Part shown: piece by piece, positions 49,600 to 59,847 of the stretch
How the letters are laid out: each line of letters starts with the position of its first letter
How positions within the stretch are numbered: the first letter of the stretch is position 1
Origin: an uncultured Gemmiger sp.
GTDB taxonomy: Bacteria > Bacillota > Clostridia > Oscillospirales > Ruminococcaceae
DNA: 64,000 nt
Direction of reading: 5' to 3'
NCBI GenBank assembly: GCA_947629015.1
Contig: CANRCB010000009.1
Span: forward strand, 8,087 to 72,086
Position numbers and translations under genes: made by a program
Notes under the pieces: generated by a model
What the model was told of the DNA's origin: nothing
What the model saw: only the letters and a program-made list of their open reading frames with translations
Database searches by the model: none

Positions 49600-51234
49600 C
49601 TATCCGGCGCTGACGAGCTGGAAGGGGCAGAAATCGTTGGGGCCTGTGCGCACCGCCTGCACCGGGCGGCCCAGATGTTCGGCGGCGTACTGCGCGGCGC
49701 GCTCGATGCCGTGGTAGTCAAGGTAGACGTTGGGGGAGTCAACGGCGCCGGTCAGCGGGTCGGCCAGGCCGTAGGCGGCCAGCGCGGCCTCCCGGTGGGG
49801 CGCGTGGCTGAGCCAGCCGCCGTAATATACGATGTTGTCATAGTGCCCGGGCGCCCACGGGTGCCAGACGTCCAGCCCTTCGCCGACCGTCAGCGCCTCG
49901 GCCGAGAGCAGGTACAAATGCTCCCCGTCGGCGGCCATATCGGCAAAATACTGCCGCTCCTGCGCCGCCCATGTGCGGTAGGCGGCGGCGTCGGCAAAGG
50001 TGGCATACAGGGTGGGCGCGCTCACGGCCAACGCCGCCCCAAGGGCCAGCGCGGCGGCATATGGCCGGCAGCGCGGGGCCGGCGCCGGCTGCGGCGGCCC
50101 CGCCGCCATGCCCAAAAAGCACACCGCCGCCAGCAGCAGTGGGGTGGTGACATACTCCGGCGTGCGCGCGCGCATGGCCAGGTAGAACAGCTCCGCCGCC
50201 AACAGCGCCCCGGTGCCCAAAAACGCCCACGGCCGGCGCCGGCGCAGCGCCGGCACCAGCCCGCCCAGCGCCACCGCTGTGAACAGGAGGTTGAACGGCG
50301 CACCGTGGGTCAGGTGCCAGGCGGTGCGCAGGGCATCCCACGCGCCGCGCAGCGGCCCCTTGCCCGGCACCTGTGCGGCCAGCGCGCGCAGCCTTTGCGC
50401 GGGGAATACGCTGCCGTCGTAAAAGTCCCAGGCGCGCAGCATGGCATAATCATTGTCCGACAGGCCCTGCGCGGCAAAGGGGTTTTCCTCCCCCAAAAAA
50501 TAGACCTTATAATCGCTGAATTCCATGCGCGCGGCGTTGTATGCGGTGTAGGCGCGCCAACCGCCGTCCAGGCGGTACGCGAGCACATCGGCCCCCCTGG
50601 CGCCCAGCACCAGCGCGAACAGCACCGCCATGGCGCCCAGCGCCCGGCGGCGGCCCGCCTTATCCAGCGCCAGAAAGCGTGCCAGCAACACCGCCGCCGA
50701 CAACCCGCCCACGGCCGGGAACATATCCCACCGCAAAAGGCTGCCCGCCAGCGCCAGCAGCAGCCCCGGCCAGCAGCGTTTCAGCGGCTGGCCCAGCCGC
50801 GCCGCCAGCCAGCCCAGCCCCGCCGCCAGGCACACGCCGCTGACTTTGACGTAGTGGAAATCATACACCACCGCCACGGCGAAGGGCAGCGCCGCGGCCA
50901 GGAACACCGCGCCGCCGCGCAAAGCGCCCAGGCGCGCGGCCAACAGCCACGCGCCCGCCGCGCCCGCCGCCGCCAGCAGCCCGAGCTGGACGATCACATA
51001 CCAGTTGGCGCCGGGCGCCAGCAGGTACAGCGGGCGCAGCAGAAGGCCGAACAGGATGTTGACGTAGACAAGGTGGATGCGGTCCGGCCCGTAGGCGCCG
51101 GCGGCGATGTTCGCAAGGGTGGCGTCGTCGTTGGTGTCATACCGGATGCCGTACGCCAGCAGCACGGCCGCCACCAGCAGCGGCGCCAGCAGCGGCACCA
51201 GCCGCCGCGCCCATCCGCGTTCCTTTTGCGCCAT
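49600..51234 (-). CDS. Multi-pass membrane protein, possibly a GT-C-type glycosyltransferase or cell-wall polymer modifier
   Basis: Many TM helices; YDTNDD acidic motif after the first TM; function is inference. Confidence 0.6.
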   Translation of the reverse strand: MAQKERGWARRLVPLLAPLLVAAVLLAYGIRYDTNDDATLANIAAGAYGPDRIHLVYVNILFGLLLRPLYLLAPGANWYVIVQLGLLAAAGAAGAWLLAARLGALRGGAVFLAAALPFAVAVVYDFHYVKVSGVCLAAGLGWLAARLGQPLKRCWPGLLLALAGSLLRWDMFPAVGGLSAAVLLARFLALDKAGRRRALGAMAVLFALVLGARGADVLAYRLDGGWRAYTAYNAARMEFSDYKVYFLGEENPFAAQGLSDNDYAMLRAWDFYDGSVFPAQRLRALAAQVPGKGPLRGAWDALRTAWHLTHGAPFNLLFTAVALGGLVPALRRRRPWAFLGTGALLAAELFYLAMRARTPEYVTTPLLLAAVCFLGMAAGPPQPAPAPRCRPYAAALALGAALAVSAPTLYATFADAAAYRTWAAQERQYFADMAADGEHLYLLSAEALTVGEGLDVWHPWAPGHYDNIVYYGGWLSHAPHREAALAAYGLADPLTGAVDSPNVYLDYHGIERAAQYAAEHLGRPVQAVRTGPNDFCPFQLVSAG

Positions 51235-51377
51235 ACGCCGCCCCCTTTCCCGCCGCCCGGCCGGGCGTGGCTTTCTGTGCAAAGTATACCATGCGGGGGC
51301 CGGGGTTTGCAAGGTGCGCGGTTTTGTGCTACAATGGCAGGCACGGTATCCGTATAAGAGAAAGGAAGGGCACTGTG

Positions 51378-52391
51378 ATGGACCTGCAAACGCTCACCGC
51401 CCTCAAGGGCCGCGATTTTTTGACCCTTTTGGACTATACCCCCGCCGAGATCACGGCACTGCTCGGGCTGGCGGCGCACCTGAAAGCCAAAAAAAAGGCC
51501 GGCGTCCCGCACGACGGGCTGCGCGGCAAAAACGTGGCGCTGATCTTTGAAAAGACCTCCACCCGCACCCGCTGCGCGTTCGAGGTGGCGGCGCATGACC
51601 TTGGCATGGGCACCACCTATCTTGACCCCGCCGGCAGCCAGATCGGCAAAAAGGAATCCATCGCCGACACCGCGCGGGTGCTGGGCGGTATGTTCGACGG
51701 CATCGAGTACCGCGGCTTTGGCCAGGCCATCGTCGAGGAGCTGGCCGACGGCGCCCCCGTGCCGGTGTGGAACGGCCTGACCAACGAATACCACCCCACC
51801 CAGATCCTGGCCGATATGCTCACCCTGCAGGAGCGTTTCGGGCGCCTTGCGGGGCTCAAATTCGTCTATATGGGCGACGCGCGCTACAACATGGGCAACA
51901 GCCTGATGGTCGGCTGCGCCAAGCTGGGCCTGCACTTTACCGCCTGCGCGCCCAAAGGCTACTGGCCGGCGCCGGCGCTTGTGGAAAAATGCCGCGCCTT
52001 TGCCGCGGCCAGCGGCGGCAGCGTCACGCTGACCGAGGATCCCGCCGCCGTCGCCGGGGCCGACGCCGTGTACACCGACGTGTGGGTGAGCATGGGCGAG
52101 CCGGACGAGGTGTGGGCGCAGCGCATCGCCGCGCTGGGGGCCTACCAGGTCAACGCCGCGGTGATGGCGGCCGCCGGGCCGCAGGCGGTGTTTTTGCACT
52201 GCCTGCCCGCCTTCCATGACCGCAAGACCACCATCGGCAAGGCGATGGGCGAAAAGTTCGGCCGCGAGGCGATGGAAGTGACGGACGAGGTTTTCAACGG
52301 CCCGCAGAGCCTTGTGTTTTTGGAGGCCGAGAACCGGATGCACACCATCAAGGCGGTGATGGCGGCCACGCTGGGCTATCTGCCGCAGTGA
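51378..52391 (+). CDS. argF: Ornithine carbamoyltransferase
   Basis: STRTR, HPTQ, DVWVSMG, HCLP. Confidence 0.95.
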   Translation: MDLQTLTALKGRDFLTLLDYTPAEITALLGLAAHLKAKKKAGVPHDGLRGKNVALIFEKTSTRTRCAFEVAAHDLGMGTTYLDPAGSQIGKKESIADTARVLGGMFDGIEYRGFGQAIVEELADGAPVPVWNGLTNEYHPTQILADMLTLQERFGRLAGLKFVYMGDARYNMGNSLMVGCAKLGLHFTACAPKGYWPAPALVEKCRAFAAASGGSVTLTEDPAAVAGADAVYTDVWVSMGEPDEVWAQRIAALGAYQVNAAVMAAAGPQAVFLHCLPAFHDRKTTIGKAMGEKFGREAMEVTDEVFNGPQSLVFLEAENRMHTIKAVMAATLGYLPQ

Positions 52392-52406
52392 CCGCGCGGC
52401 GGCGCT

Positions 52407-53234
52407 TTAGACATAGATCTCGTCCTGCCGCGGGATGGCATAGGCCGCCCGCGGCAGCGCCGTGTTGGCGGCGCGCCACGCGGCCGGGGTGAGCCCCGTC
52501 TCCCGCTTGAACACCCGGCACAGGTAGCCCGCGCCGGAAAACCCGCACAGTGCGGCCGCCGTTTCCAAATTGTGCTCCCCCTCCAGCAGCAGCTGCTTGA
52601 CCGCCTCTATCCGGGTGCGGGTCAGGTAACGGCCGGGGCTTATGCCCACCGCGGCCGAGAACACCCGCACCAGATGGCACTTGCTCACACCCAGCGCCTC
52701 GCTCAGTTCCTCCACGCCGTACAGCGTGTTGTAGCTGGTTTGGATCAGCTGCAGCGCCTCGGCCGCCAGCGGCGGCAGCGCGCGCGGCGGCTCGTCGGCG
52801 GCGCCCAGGCCGCACAAAAGCGCATAGGCAAGGCGGCTGGCCTCGGCCGCGGGCAGGTGGGTGTCCAGCCGGGCCAGCAGCTCCGCCGCGCCGGGGCAGG
52901 CGGACCCGTCCACCAGCCGCGGCGCGCCCAGCCCCGCCAAAAAGGCGCGCGGCACCGCGCCGGTCAGCCGGACCAGCAGCCAGTGGCAGGGCGAAAGCGG
53001 GCGCAGCACCATGGCGCCGCCGCCCAGCAGGATATCCCCCGCCGCCGCCACCGCCTGCTGCGGCATGGCGGCGCTTTCCAGCGCGCAGCGCCCGCTGGAG
53101 AGCACGCCCGCCCACAGCCCCTCGCCCGAAAGCGCGCGCGGCTGTGTGCCCTTTGCCTCCTCACTTTCCGCCAATGCGCAGGCGTCCCGGCAATCAAAAA
53201 TCAATTTTTGCCCCCATATATCAATAAAATACAA
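52407..53234 (-). CDS. AraC family transcriptional regulator (start uncertain)
   Basis: ELSEALGVSKCHLVRVF...AALCGFSGAGYLCRVFKRETGLTP. Confidence 0.82.
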   Translation of the reverse strand: MYFIDIWGQKLIFDCRDACALAESEEAKGTQPRALSGEGLWAGVLSSGRCALESAAMPQQAVAAAGDILLGGGAMVLRPLSPCHWLLVRLTGAVPRAFLAGLGAPRLVDGSACPGAAELLARLDTHLPAAEASRLAYALLCGLGAADEPPRALPPLAAEALQLIQTSYNTLYGVEELSEALGVSKCHLVRVFSAAVGISPGRYLTRTRIEAVKQLLLEGEHNLETAAALCGFSGAGYLCRVFKRETGLTPAAWRAANTALPRAAYAIPRQDEIYV

Positions 53235-53325
53235 TTCACAACGCCAGTATAGCCTGTTATAATGGTTTTGTCAAGAAAATGCGCCGCAAGGCGTATCAAC
53301 AAAAAACATAACGGAGGGATATACC

Positions 53326-54435
53326 ATGGCCAGTATCAGCTGCCGCCACATTTACAAGATCTACCCCGGCGATGTCACCGCCGTCCGTGATTTCAACCTG
53401 GAGATCGCGGATAAAGAGTTCATCGTTTTCGTCGGCCCTTCCGGCTGCGGCAAGTCCACCACGCTGCGCATGGTCGCCGGCCTGGAGGAGATCTCCAAGG
53501 GCGAGATGTACATCGGTGACCGCCTCATCAACGACGTGCCCCCGAAAGACCGCGACATCGCCATGGTGTTCCAGAACTACGCCCTGTACCCGCACATGAC
53601 GGTGTACAAGAACATGGCCTTCGGCCTTGAGCTGCGCAAGACCCCCAAAGACGAGATCGACAAGCGCGTGCATGAAGCCGCCAAGATCCTGGAGATCGAG
53701 CACCTGCTCGACCGCAAGCCCAAGGCTTTGTCCGGCGGCCAGCGTCAGCGTGTCGCCCTGGGCCGCGCCATGGTGCGCAACCCCGCCGTCTTCCTGCTTG
53801 ACGAGCCGCTGTCCAACCTCGACGCCAAGCTGCGTACCAGCATGCGCACCGAGATCACCAAGCTGCACAAAAAGCTCGCCACCACCTTCATCTATGTTAC
53901 CCATGACCAGACCGAGGCCATGACCATGGGCGACCGCATCGTCGTCATGAAGGACGGCGTTATCCAGCAGGTCGATACCCCGCAGAACCTGTATGACTAT
54001 CCGTGCAACCTGTTCGTGGCCGGCTTCATCGGCAGCCCGCAGATGAACTTCCTGGATGCCACCGTGCTCAAGAACGGCAGCACCTACAGCGTCGATATCA
54101 ACGGTACCGTCATCGCCCTGCCCGCTGACAAGGTCGGCAACAAGCTGGCCAACTACGTCGGCAAGACCGTCAAGGTCGGCATCCGCCCCGAGGACATCAA
54201 GGACGACGAGGAGTTTATGGCCAAGCATCCCGGCTCCAAGATGGACGCCGTGGTCGAAGTATCCGAGCTGATGGGCGCCGAGATCTACCTCTACATGGAC
54301 TACAAAGGCCAGAACGTTATGGCCCGCGTTGCCCCCACCTCCAAGGCCCGCAACGGCGACAAGGTCACCGTGGCGCTGGACGAGAAGAAGATCCACATCT
54401 TCGACCCCGAGACCGAGCTCGTCATCCTCAACTGA
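53326..54435 (+). CDS. msmX: Multiple-sugar ABC ATPase (MsmX/UgpC family), orphan
   Basis: Canonical MalK-family motifs; no adjacent permeases. Confidence 0.88.
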   Translation: MASISCRHIYKIYPGDVTAVRDFNLEIADKEFIVFVGPSGCGKSTTLRMVAGLEEISKGEMYIGDRLINDVPPKDRDIAMVFQNYALYPHMTVYKNMAFGLELRKTPKDEIDKRVHEAAKILEIEHLLDRKPKALSGGQRQRVALGRAMVRNPAVFLLDEPLSNLDAKLRTSMRTEITKLHKKLATTFIYVTHDQTEAMTMGDRIVVMKDGVIQQVDTPQNLYDYPCNLFVAGFIGSPQMNFLDATVLKNGSTYSVDINGTVIALPADKVGNKLANYVGKTVKVGIRPEDIKDDEEFMAKHPGSKMDAVVEVSELMGAEIYLYMDYKGQNVMARVAPTSKARNGDKVTVALDEKKIHIFDPETELVILN

Positions 54436-54675
54436 GTTGCTTTCCTTCCAAGGGCCCCGCGGCATCTGCCGTGGGGCTTTCGTGTGTCAGCAGGCCCGGC
54501 ACGCTGCAAAAGAGGGGGGGTGCGCACGGCGCAAACCCCCGGCCCTGCCCGGCGCAGGTGGATCGTTTTTCGCGCACATAGAGGAGCTCAAAAGCCCTTG
54601 AAATAGAAAAGCAACGAATGTATAATTGAAACGTTGAGACAATAAAAGGCAGAAGAAAGCAGGTGGAATGCGCCC

Positions 54676-55392
54676 ATGGTAAAACGGGCTTTATCACTTT
54701 TTCTCTGCTCTGCGCTGGTACTGTCGCTGGCCGCCTGCGGCGGCAAGATTGCCGCGGATCCCCAAGCGGGCGCCGGGAGTACCGGCAAGAGCGAGCCGGC
54801 CGGTGAACCGCCGGCGGCGCCGGATCCGGCCCCGGAGCAAAGCGGCGGCGCGTTCACTTACACCTATGCGAACGGCGTGCTGACCATTTCCGGGAAGGGT
54901 GTGCTGGATCAGGACGCTTTATTCGCCTGCGGTGCGGGAGCAGTCTTGGATGCCGTCGGTGACGGTGAAGGTATTCAGCTCGTACTGGAAGATGGTGTGA
55001 CAGAAATCGGCGACGGAGCCTTTACCAACTGGCATCACATGACCGATGTGACCATCCCGGAGGGTGTGACGAAAATCGGCGGCGGCGCTTTTTACCAATG
55101 CGATGCCCTGACGGATGTGGCCATCCCGGAGGGTGTGACGGAAATTGGGGCAGAGGCCTTTATGTCCTGCGAGGATCTAACGGGCGTGACCATTCCGGCA
55201 AGCGTGACGGCGATTGGATACGGCGCTTTTTCCGGATGCCGCAGCCTGACCAGCGTGACCATCCCGGAGGGCGTAACGGAAATCGGAGAATATGCTTTCA
55301 GCAATTGCGGTCTGACCAGTGTAACCATCCCCAACCCTGACGCCAAAGTCGCGGAAAATGCTTTTGACGAGGGTGTGACTGTCAACCCGTGA
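54676..55392 (+). CDS. BspA-type leucine-rich repeat lipoprotein
   Basis: Lipobox LAAC; about five 23-aa repeats LTSVTIPEGVTEIGxxAFxxC; promoter TTGAAA-17-TATAAT at 54598-54626. Confidence 0.88.
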   Translation: MVKRALSLFLCSALVLSLAACGGKIAADPQAGAGSTGKSEPAGEPPAAPDPAPEQSGGAFTYTYANGVLTISGKGVLDQDALFACGAGAVLDAVGDGEGIQLVLEDGVTEIGDGAFTNWHHMTDVTIPEGVTKIGGGAFYQCDALTDVAIPEGVTEIGAEAFMSCEDLTGVTIPASVTAIGYGAFSGCRSLTSVTIPEGVTEIGEYAFSNCGLTSVTIPNPDAKVAENAFDEGVTVNP

Positions 55393-55450
55393 CAGTGTAG
55401 ACCCCGGCGGTCATCCTTCAACATCAGATACAAAACAGGGCCGGACACAT

Positions 55451-55600
55451 TCACCGTGTGTCCGGCCCCGTTTCGTTTTCTATTTCTTCAAGGGCTAAAA
55501 ACTGTGCCGCTGTTATGCACTTGGGATGTTCCAACTCCAGGCTTGGAAAATCCTTGTCTCCCGTGAGAACGATATGCACCCCGGCCACGATCACCGCATT
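55451..55600 (-). pseudogene. C-terminal remnant of a PIN-domain (toxin-like) gene
   Basis: Translation VHIVLTGDKDFPSLELEHPKCITAAQFL resembles a PIN C-terminus (TGDKDF); no recognisable N-terminal half. Confidence 0.55.
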
Positions 55601-55732
55601 TTGACGAAACGCACAAAAAATTCTATTTTCCCTTGTGCAGGTTCCCCGAATCGCGGATTGATATTTTATTAACGATGTGATATGCTGTGCCTGTGCCACA
55701 AAATAGATTTGTGGCAATCGTTTGCCCCAATA

Positions 55733-55750
55733 TTGATAATTATTTAACAA
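55733..55750. promoter_or_regulatory. Rex operator upstream of adhE
   Basis: TTGATAA-TTAT-TTAACAA matches the clostridial Rex consensus TTGTTAA-N4-TTAACAA with one mismatch. Confidence 0.75.
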
Positions 55751-55869
55751 TATTGGGGCGTTCAAACCCGTGACGCCGGGTATCGTGCGCGCCGTGCCCC
55801 GCATCCTGCGGGAAGGCGTCCCCGCGTATCCTGGTCACACAGCACCCGCAGCACAAGGAGGATCCCCGT

Positions 55870-58503
55870 ATGCCAAAGCCTAAGGAACCGAACAAGCCCG
55901 TGCCCGCCGTAGTGGACAGCGCCGAGACGCTCGCCGCCAAAATGGCCGCCATGCGCGCTGCGCAGCAAAAATTTGCAACGTATACGCAGGAGCAGGTGGA
56001 CGCCATCTTCTATGCCGCCGCCAAGGCCGCCAACGCCCAGCGCATCCCGCTGGCCAAGATGGCCGTTGAGGAGACCGGCATGGGCGTGGTCGAGGACAAG
56101 GTCATCAAGAACAACTACGCCGCTGAGTATATCTACAACGCCTACAAGCACACCAAGACCTGCGGCGTCATCGAGGAGGACAAGGCCTTCGGCATCAAGC
56201 GCATCGCCGAGCCCATCGGCCTCATCGCCGCCGTCATCCCCACCACCAACCCGACCAGCACCGCCATCTTCAAGGCGCTGCTGGCGCTCAAAACGCGCAA
56301 CGCTATCCTGATTTCGCCGCACCCGCGCGCCAAGAACTGCACGATCGCCGCCGCCAGGGTGGTGCTCGATGCCGCCGTCGCGGCCGGCGCACCGGAGGGC
56401 ATCATCGGCTGGATCGACGCGCCCGCCCTCGACCTGACCCAGAACCTCATGCGCGGGGCGGATCTGATCTTGGCCACCGGCGGCCCCGGCATGGTCACGG
56501 CGGCTTATTCCAGCGGCAAACCGGCCTTGGGTGTCGGCGCCGGCAACACCCCCGTCATCATCGACGAGACCGCCGACATCCGCAACGCCGTCAGCTCCAT
56601 CATCCATTCCAAGACCTTCGACAACGGCATGATCTGCGCGTCGGAGCAGTCGGTCACGGTGCTGGCCCCTGTCTACGCGCAGGTCAAGCAGGAGTTTGCC
56701 CGCCGCGGCTGCTACTTCCTCAAGGGCGAGGAGCTCGACAAGGTCCGCCACACCATCCTCATCAACGGCGCGCTCAACGCCCGCATCGTCGGCCAGAGCG
56801 CGTACAACATCGCGCAGATGGCCGGCGTCGAGGTGCCCCTGGGCACCAAGATCCTCATCGGCGAGGTCGAATCGGTCGAGCTGTCGGAGGAGTTCGCGCA
56901 CGAGAAGCTCTCCCCCGTTTTGGCCATGTACAAGGCCAAAACCTTTGACGAGGCCCTTGCCAAGGCGGAGCGCCTCGTCGCCGACGGCGGCTATGGGCAC
57001 ACCGCCTCGCTCTTCATCGACCCGCGCGAGACCGAAAAGCTGGCCAAACACGCCGCCGCCATGAAGACCTGCCGCATCGTCATCAACACGCCGTCGTCAC
57101 ACGGCGGCATCGGCGACCTCTACAACTTCAAGCTGGTCCCCTCGCTGACGCTGGGCTGCGGCAGCTGGGGCGGCAACTCGGTGTCCGAGAACGTCGGCGT
57201 CAAGCATCTGCTCAACATCAAAACGGTAGCCGAACGGAGGGAGAACATGCTCTGGCTGCGCACCCCGCAAAAGGTCTATTTCAAAAAGGGCTGTATGCCC
57301 GTCGCCCTCGACGAGCTGGGCACCGTGATGAACAAAAAGCGCGCCTTCGTCGTCACCGACAGCTTCCTCTACCGCAACGGCTACACCAAGCCGGTCACCG
57401 ACAAGCTGGACGAGATGGGCATCGCCTACCAGTGCTTTTCGGATGTCCAGCCCGACCCGACGCTGGCCAACGCCCAGGCGGGCGCCAAACAGATGACCGC
57501 CTTTGAGCCCGACGTCATCATCGCCTACGGCGGCGGCTCGGCCATGGACGCGGCCAAGATCATGTGGGTGCTGTACGAGCACCCGGAGGCCGTTTTTGAG
57601 GATATGGCGCTGCGCTTCCTTGATATCCGCAAGCGCGTCTATACCTTCCCGACCATGGGCGAGAAGGCATACTTCGTCGCTATCCCGACCTCCTCCGGCA
57701 CCGGGTCCGAGGTCACGCCCTTCGCCGTCATCACCGACGAAAAGACCGGCATCAAGTACCCGCTGGCCGATTACCAGCTGCTGCCCAACATGGCCATCGT
57801 CGACACCGACAACATGATGAGCCAACCGCGCGGCCTGACCAGCGCCTCCGGCATCGACGTGCTGACCCACGCGCTCGAGGCCTACGTCTCGGTCATGGCC
57901 AGCGACTACACCGATGGCCTCGCCCTCAAGGCGATGAAGAACGTGTTTGACTACCTGCCCGCCTGCTATGAGGACGGCAGCAACGTCGAGGCCCGCCAGA
58001 AGATGGCCGACGCCTCCTGCCTTGCCGGCATGGCCTTCGCCAACGCCTTCCTCGGCGTCTGCCATTCGATGGCGCACAAGCTGGGCGCCTACCACCACAT
58101 CGCCCACGGCCTCGCCAACGCGCTGCTGATCTCGCTCGTCATCGAGTACAACGCCGCCGAGGCCCCGGCCAAGATGGGCACCTTCTCGCAGTACCGGTAC
58201 CCGCACGCACAGGCCCGCTACGCCGAGTGCGCCCGCTTTGTGGGCATCGAGGCGAAGGACGACGCCGAGGCCGTGCGCAGGCTGATCGACAAGATCGAGG
58301 CGCTCAAGGCCGCCGTCGGCGTCAAAAAGACCATCGCCGACTACGGCGTCAAGGAGGAAGATTTCCTTGCCACGCTGGATGAAATGTGCGAGAATGCCTT
58401 TGACGACCAGTGCACCGGCGCCAACCCGCGCTACCCGCTGATCGCCGAGATCAAGGAAATGTATCTGCGCGCCTACTACGGCGACAAATACAAGGCCCAA
58501 TAA
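55870..58503 (+). CDS. adhE: Bifunctional acetaldehyde-CoA/alcohol dehydrogenase
   Basis: ALDH domain (GMICASEQ), linker GCGSWGGNS, Fe-ADH domain (GGGSAMDAAK, HSMAH). Confidence 0.97.
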   Translation: MPKPKEPNKPVPAVVDSAETLAAKMAAMRAAQQKFATYTQEQVDAIFYAAAKAANAQRIPLAKMAVEETGMGVVEDKVIKNNYAAEYIYNAYKHTKTCGVIEEDKAFGIKRIAEPIGLIAAVIPTTNPTSTAIFKALLALKTRNAILISPHPRAKNCTIAAARVVLDAAVAAGAPEGIIGWIDAPALDLTQNLMRGADLILATGGPGMVTAAYSSGKPALGVGAGNTPVIIDETADIRNAVSSIIHSKTFDNGMICASEQSVTVLAPVYAQVKQEFARRGCYFLKGEELDKVRHTILINGALNARIVGQSAYNIAQMAGVEVPLGTKILIGEVESVELSEEFAHEKLSPVLAMYKAKTFDEALAKAERLVADGGYGHTASLFIDPRETEKLAKHAAAMKTCRIVINTPSSHGGIGDLYNFKLVPSLTLGCGSWGGNSVSENVGVKHLLNIKTVAERRENMLWLRTPQKVYFKKGCMPVALDELGTVMNKKRAFVVTDSFLYRNGYTKPVTDKLDEMGIAYQCFSDVQPDPTLANAQAGAKQMTAFEPDVIIAYGGGSAMDAAKIMWVLYEHPEAVFEDMALRFLDIRKRVYTFPTMGEKAYFVAIPTSSGTGSEVTPFAVITDEKTGIKYPLADYQLLPNMAIVDTDNMMSQPRGLTSASGIDVLTHALEAYVSVMASDYTDGLALKAMKNVFDYLPACYEDGSNVEARQKMADASCLAGMAFANAFLGVCHSMAHKLGAYHHIAHGLANALLISLVIEYNAAEAPAKMGTFSQYRYPHAQARYAECARFVGIEAKDDAEAVRRLIDKIEALKAAVGVKKTIADYGVKEEDFLATLDEMCENAFDDQCTGANPRYPLIAEIKEMYLRAYYGDKYKAQ

Positions 58504-58520
58504 AGAAGGAGGGAACAGGC

Positions 58521-59276
58521 ATGAAAGAGAACAAAAATGTGCTGGCCACCCGCGCCCACAAATCCATCTACCGCGACGGCGACACCGCCGTCAAGGTGTT
58601 TGACAAGAACTTCCCCAAGGCCGACGTCCTCAACGAGGCGCTCAACCAGGCCCGCATCGAGACGACCGGCCTGCCGGTGCCCAAGGTCCACGCCGTCACC
58701 GTGACGGAGGACGGCAACTGGTGCATCGTCTACGACTATGTCGAGGGTAAGACCCTTGAACAGCTGATGGCCGAGCACCCGGAAAAAATCAAGGAATATA
58801 TGCGTGACTTCGTCGCTTTGCAGATGGAGGTGCACAGCAAGCAGGAGCCCAAGCTCAACAAGCTCAAGGACAAATGGGACGGCAAGATCGCGGCCTCCAA
58901 ACAGCTCAGCGCCACCACCCGCTACGAGCTGCGCACACGGCTGGCCAGCATGCCCAAGCACACCAAGGTGCTGCACGGGGATTTCAACCCCAGCAACATC
59001 ATCGTCGACCCCGAGGGCAGGTACCACATCCTCGACTGGTCTCACGCCACGCAGGGCAACGCCGCAGCCGACGCCGCCACCACCTACCTGCTGTTCGCGC
59101 TCAAGGACCAAAAGCTGGCCGATTTGTATATGGACACCTACTGCGAGATGAGCGACACCGCCAAACAGTACGTGCAGCGCTGGCTGCCGGTGACCGCCGC
59201 CAGCCGCCTGGGCAAGCAAATCCCCGAGGAAAAGGACCTGCTCGAGCGCTGGCTGGACGTTGTGGAATACGAATAA
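58521..59276 (+). CDS. APH/choline-kinase-like phosphotransferase
   Basis: HGDFNPSNII (Brenner motif), LDW; 17 bp after adhE. Confidence 0.85.
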   Translation: MKENKNVLATRAHKSIYRDGDTAVKVFDKNFPKADVLNEALNQARIETTGLPVPKVHAVTVTEDGNWCIVYDYVEGKTLEQLMAEHPEKIKEYMRDFVALQMEVHSKQEPKLNKLKDKWDGKIAASKQLSATTRYELRTRLASMPKHTKVLHGDFNPSNIIVDPEGRYHILDWSHATQGNAAADAATTYLLFALKDQKLADLYMDTYCEMSDTAKQYVQRWLPVTAASRLGKQIPEEKDLLERWLDVVEYE

Positions 59277-59327
59277 GCCACGCTGTACCGCAAAAAAGAG
59301 GCCCGGCTCTTGGCGCGGGGGGCCGGC

Positions 59328-59720
59328 CGTTTTTGCCAAATCAAATTCTTATTGGTCAGCCCGCGGCGCATGGCGCCGCGGGCACAGCGTGTCGAGAAAC
59401 TCGACACGCTGCAAAGGAGGGGGTGCACGGCGGGCGTCCGCCCTGCAGTCCGAACGATACGTTTTCTCATATCCCCGTAGGGCGGGAGCCCCACCGGGGC
59501 GCCCTGCGGCCCTCATCCCGCCGCGGATGGATGACGTTCCCGGAAACCGTAGGGGGCGGCGATCTCCGCGCCAAGAGCCGGGCCTTTGGCCCGCTTGGCT
59601 CCGGTGTGAAGCCCGGAGCTTGCGCTCCGAAACGCCTCGCTGCGGCTCGGCGTCCTCGACGCCCCGCAAACGGCATCCCATTTGCGGGCGCTTTGCAGGG
59701 CGGGGTCTTGACCCCGCCGC
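59328..59720. repeat. Cluster of dispersed palindromic repeats
   Basis: GTAG-type hairpins at 59477, 59549 and 59695; nested element 59562-59652; segments shared with ~54500 and ~61835. Confidence 0.65.
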
Positions 59721-59847
59721 ACAGCTTCGGCAACCTGACGGGATTTTGGCCCTTTTTGCTAAAAATTTTGGTAAAACCTCTTATTTGCGGCCCCCCGGCT
59801 TTCCTGTATAATAAGAATATATCTCCGATAGGGAAGGGGGTGCCGGC

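Noticed and set aside
58521-59276. Aminoglycoside resistance gene
   Set aside because: Only generic phosphotransferase motifs; host-like codon usage and operonic with adhE
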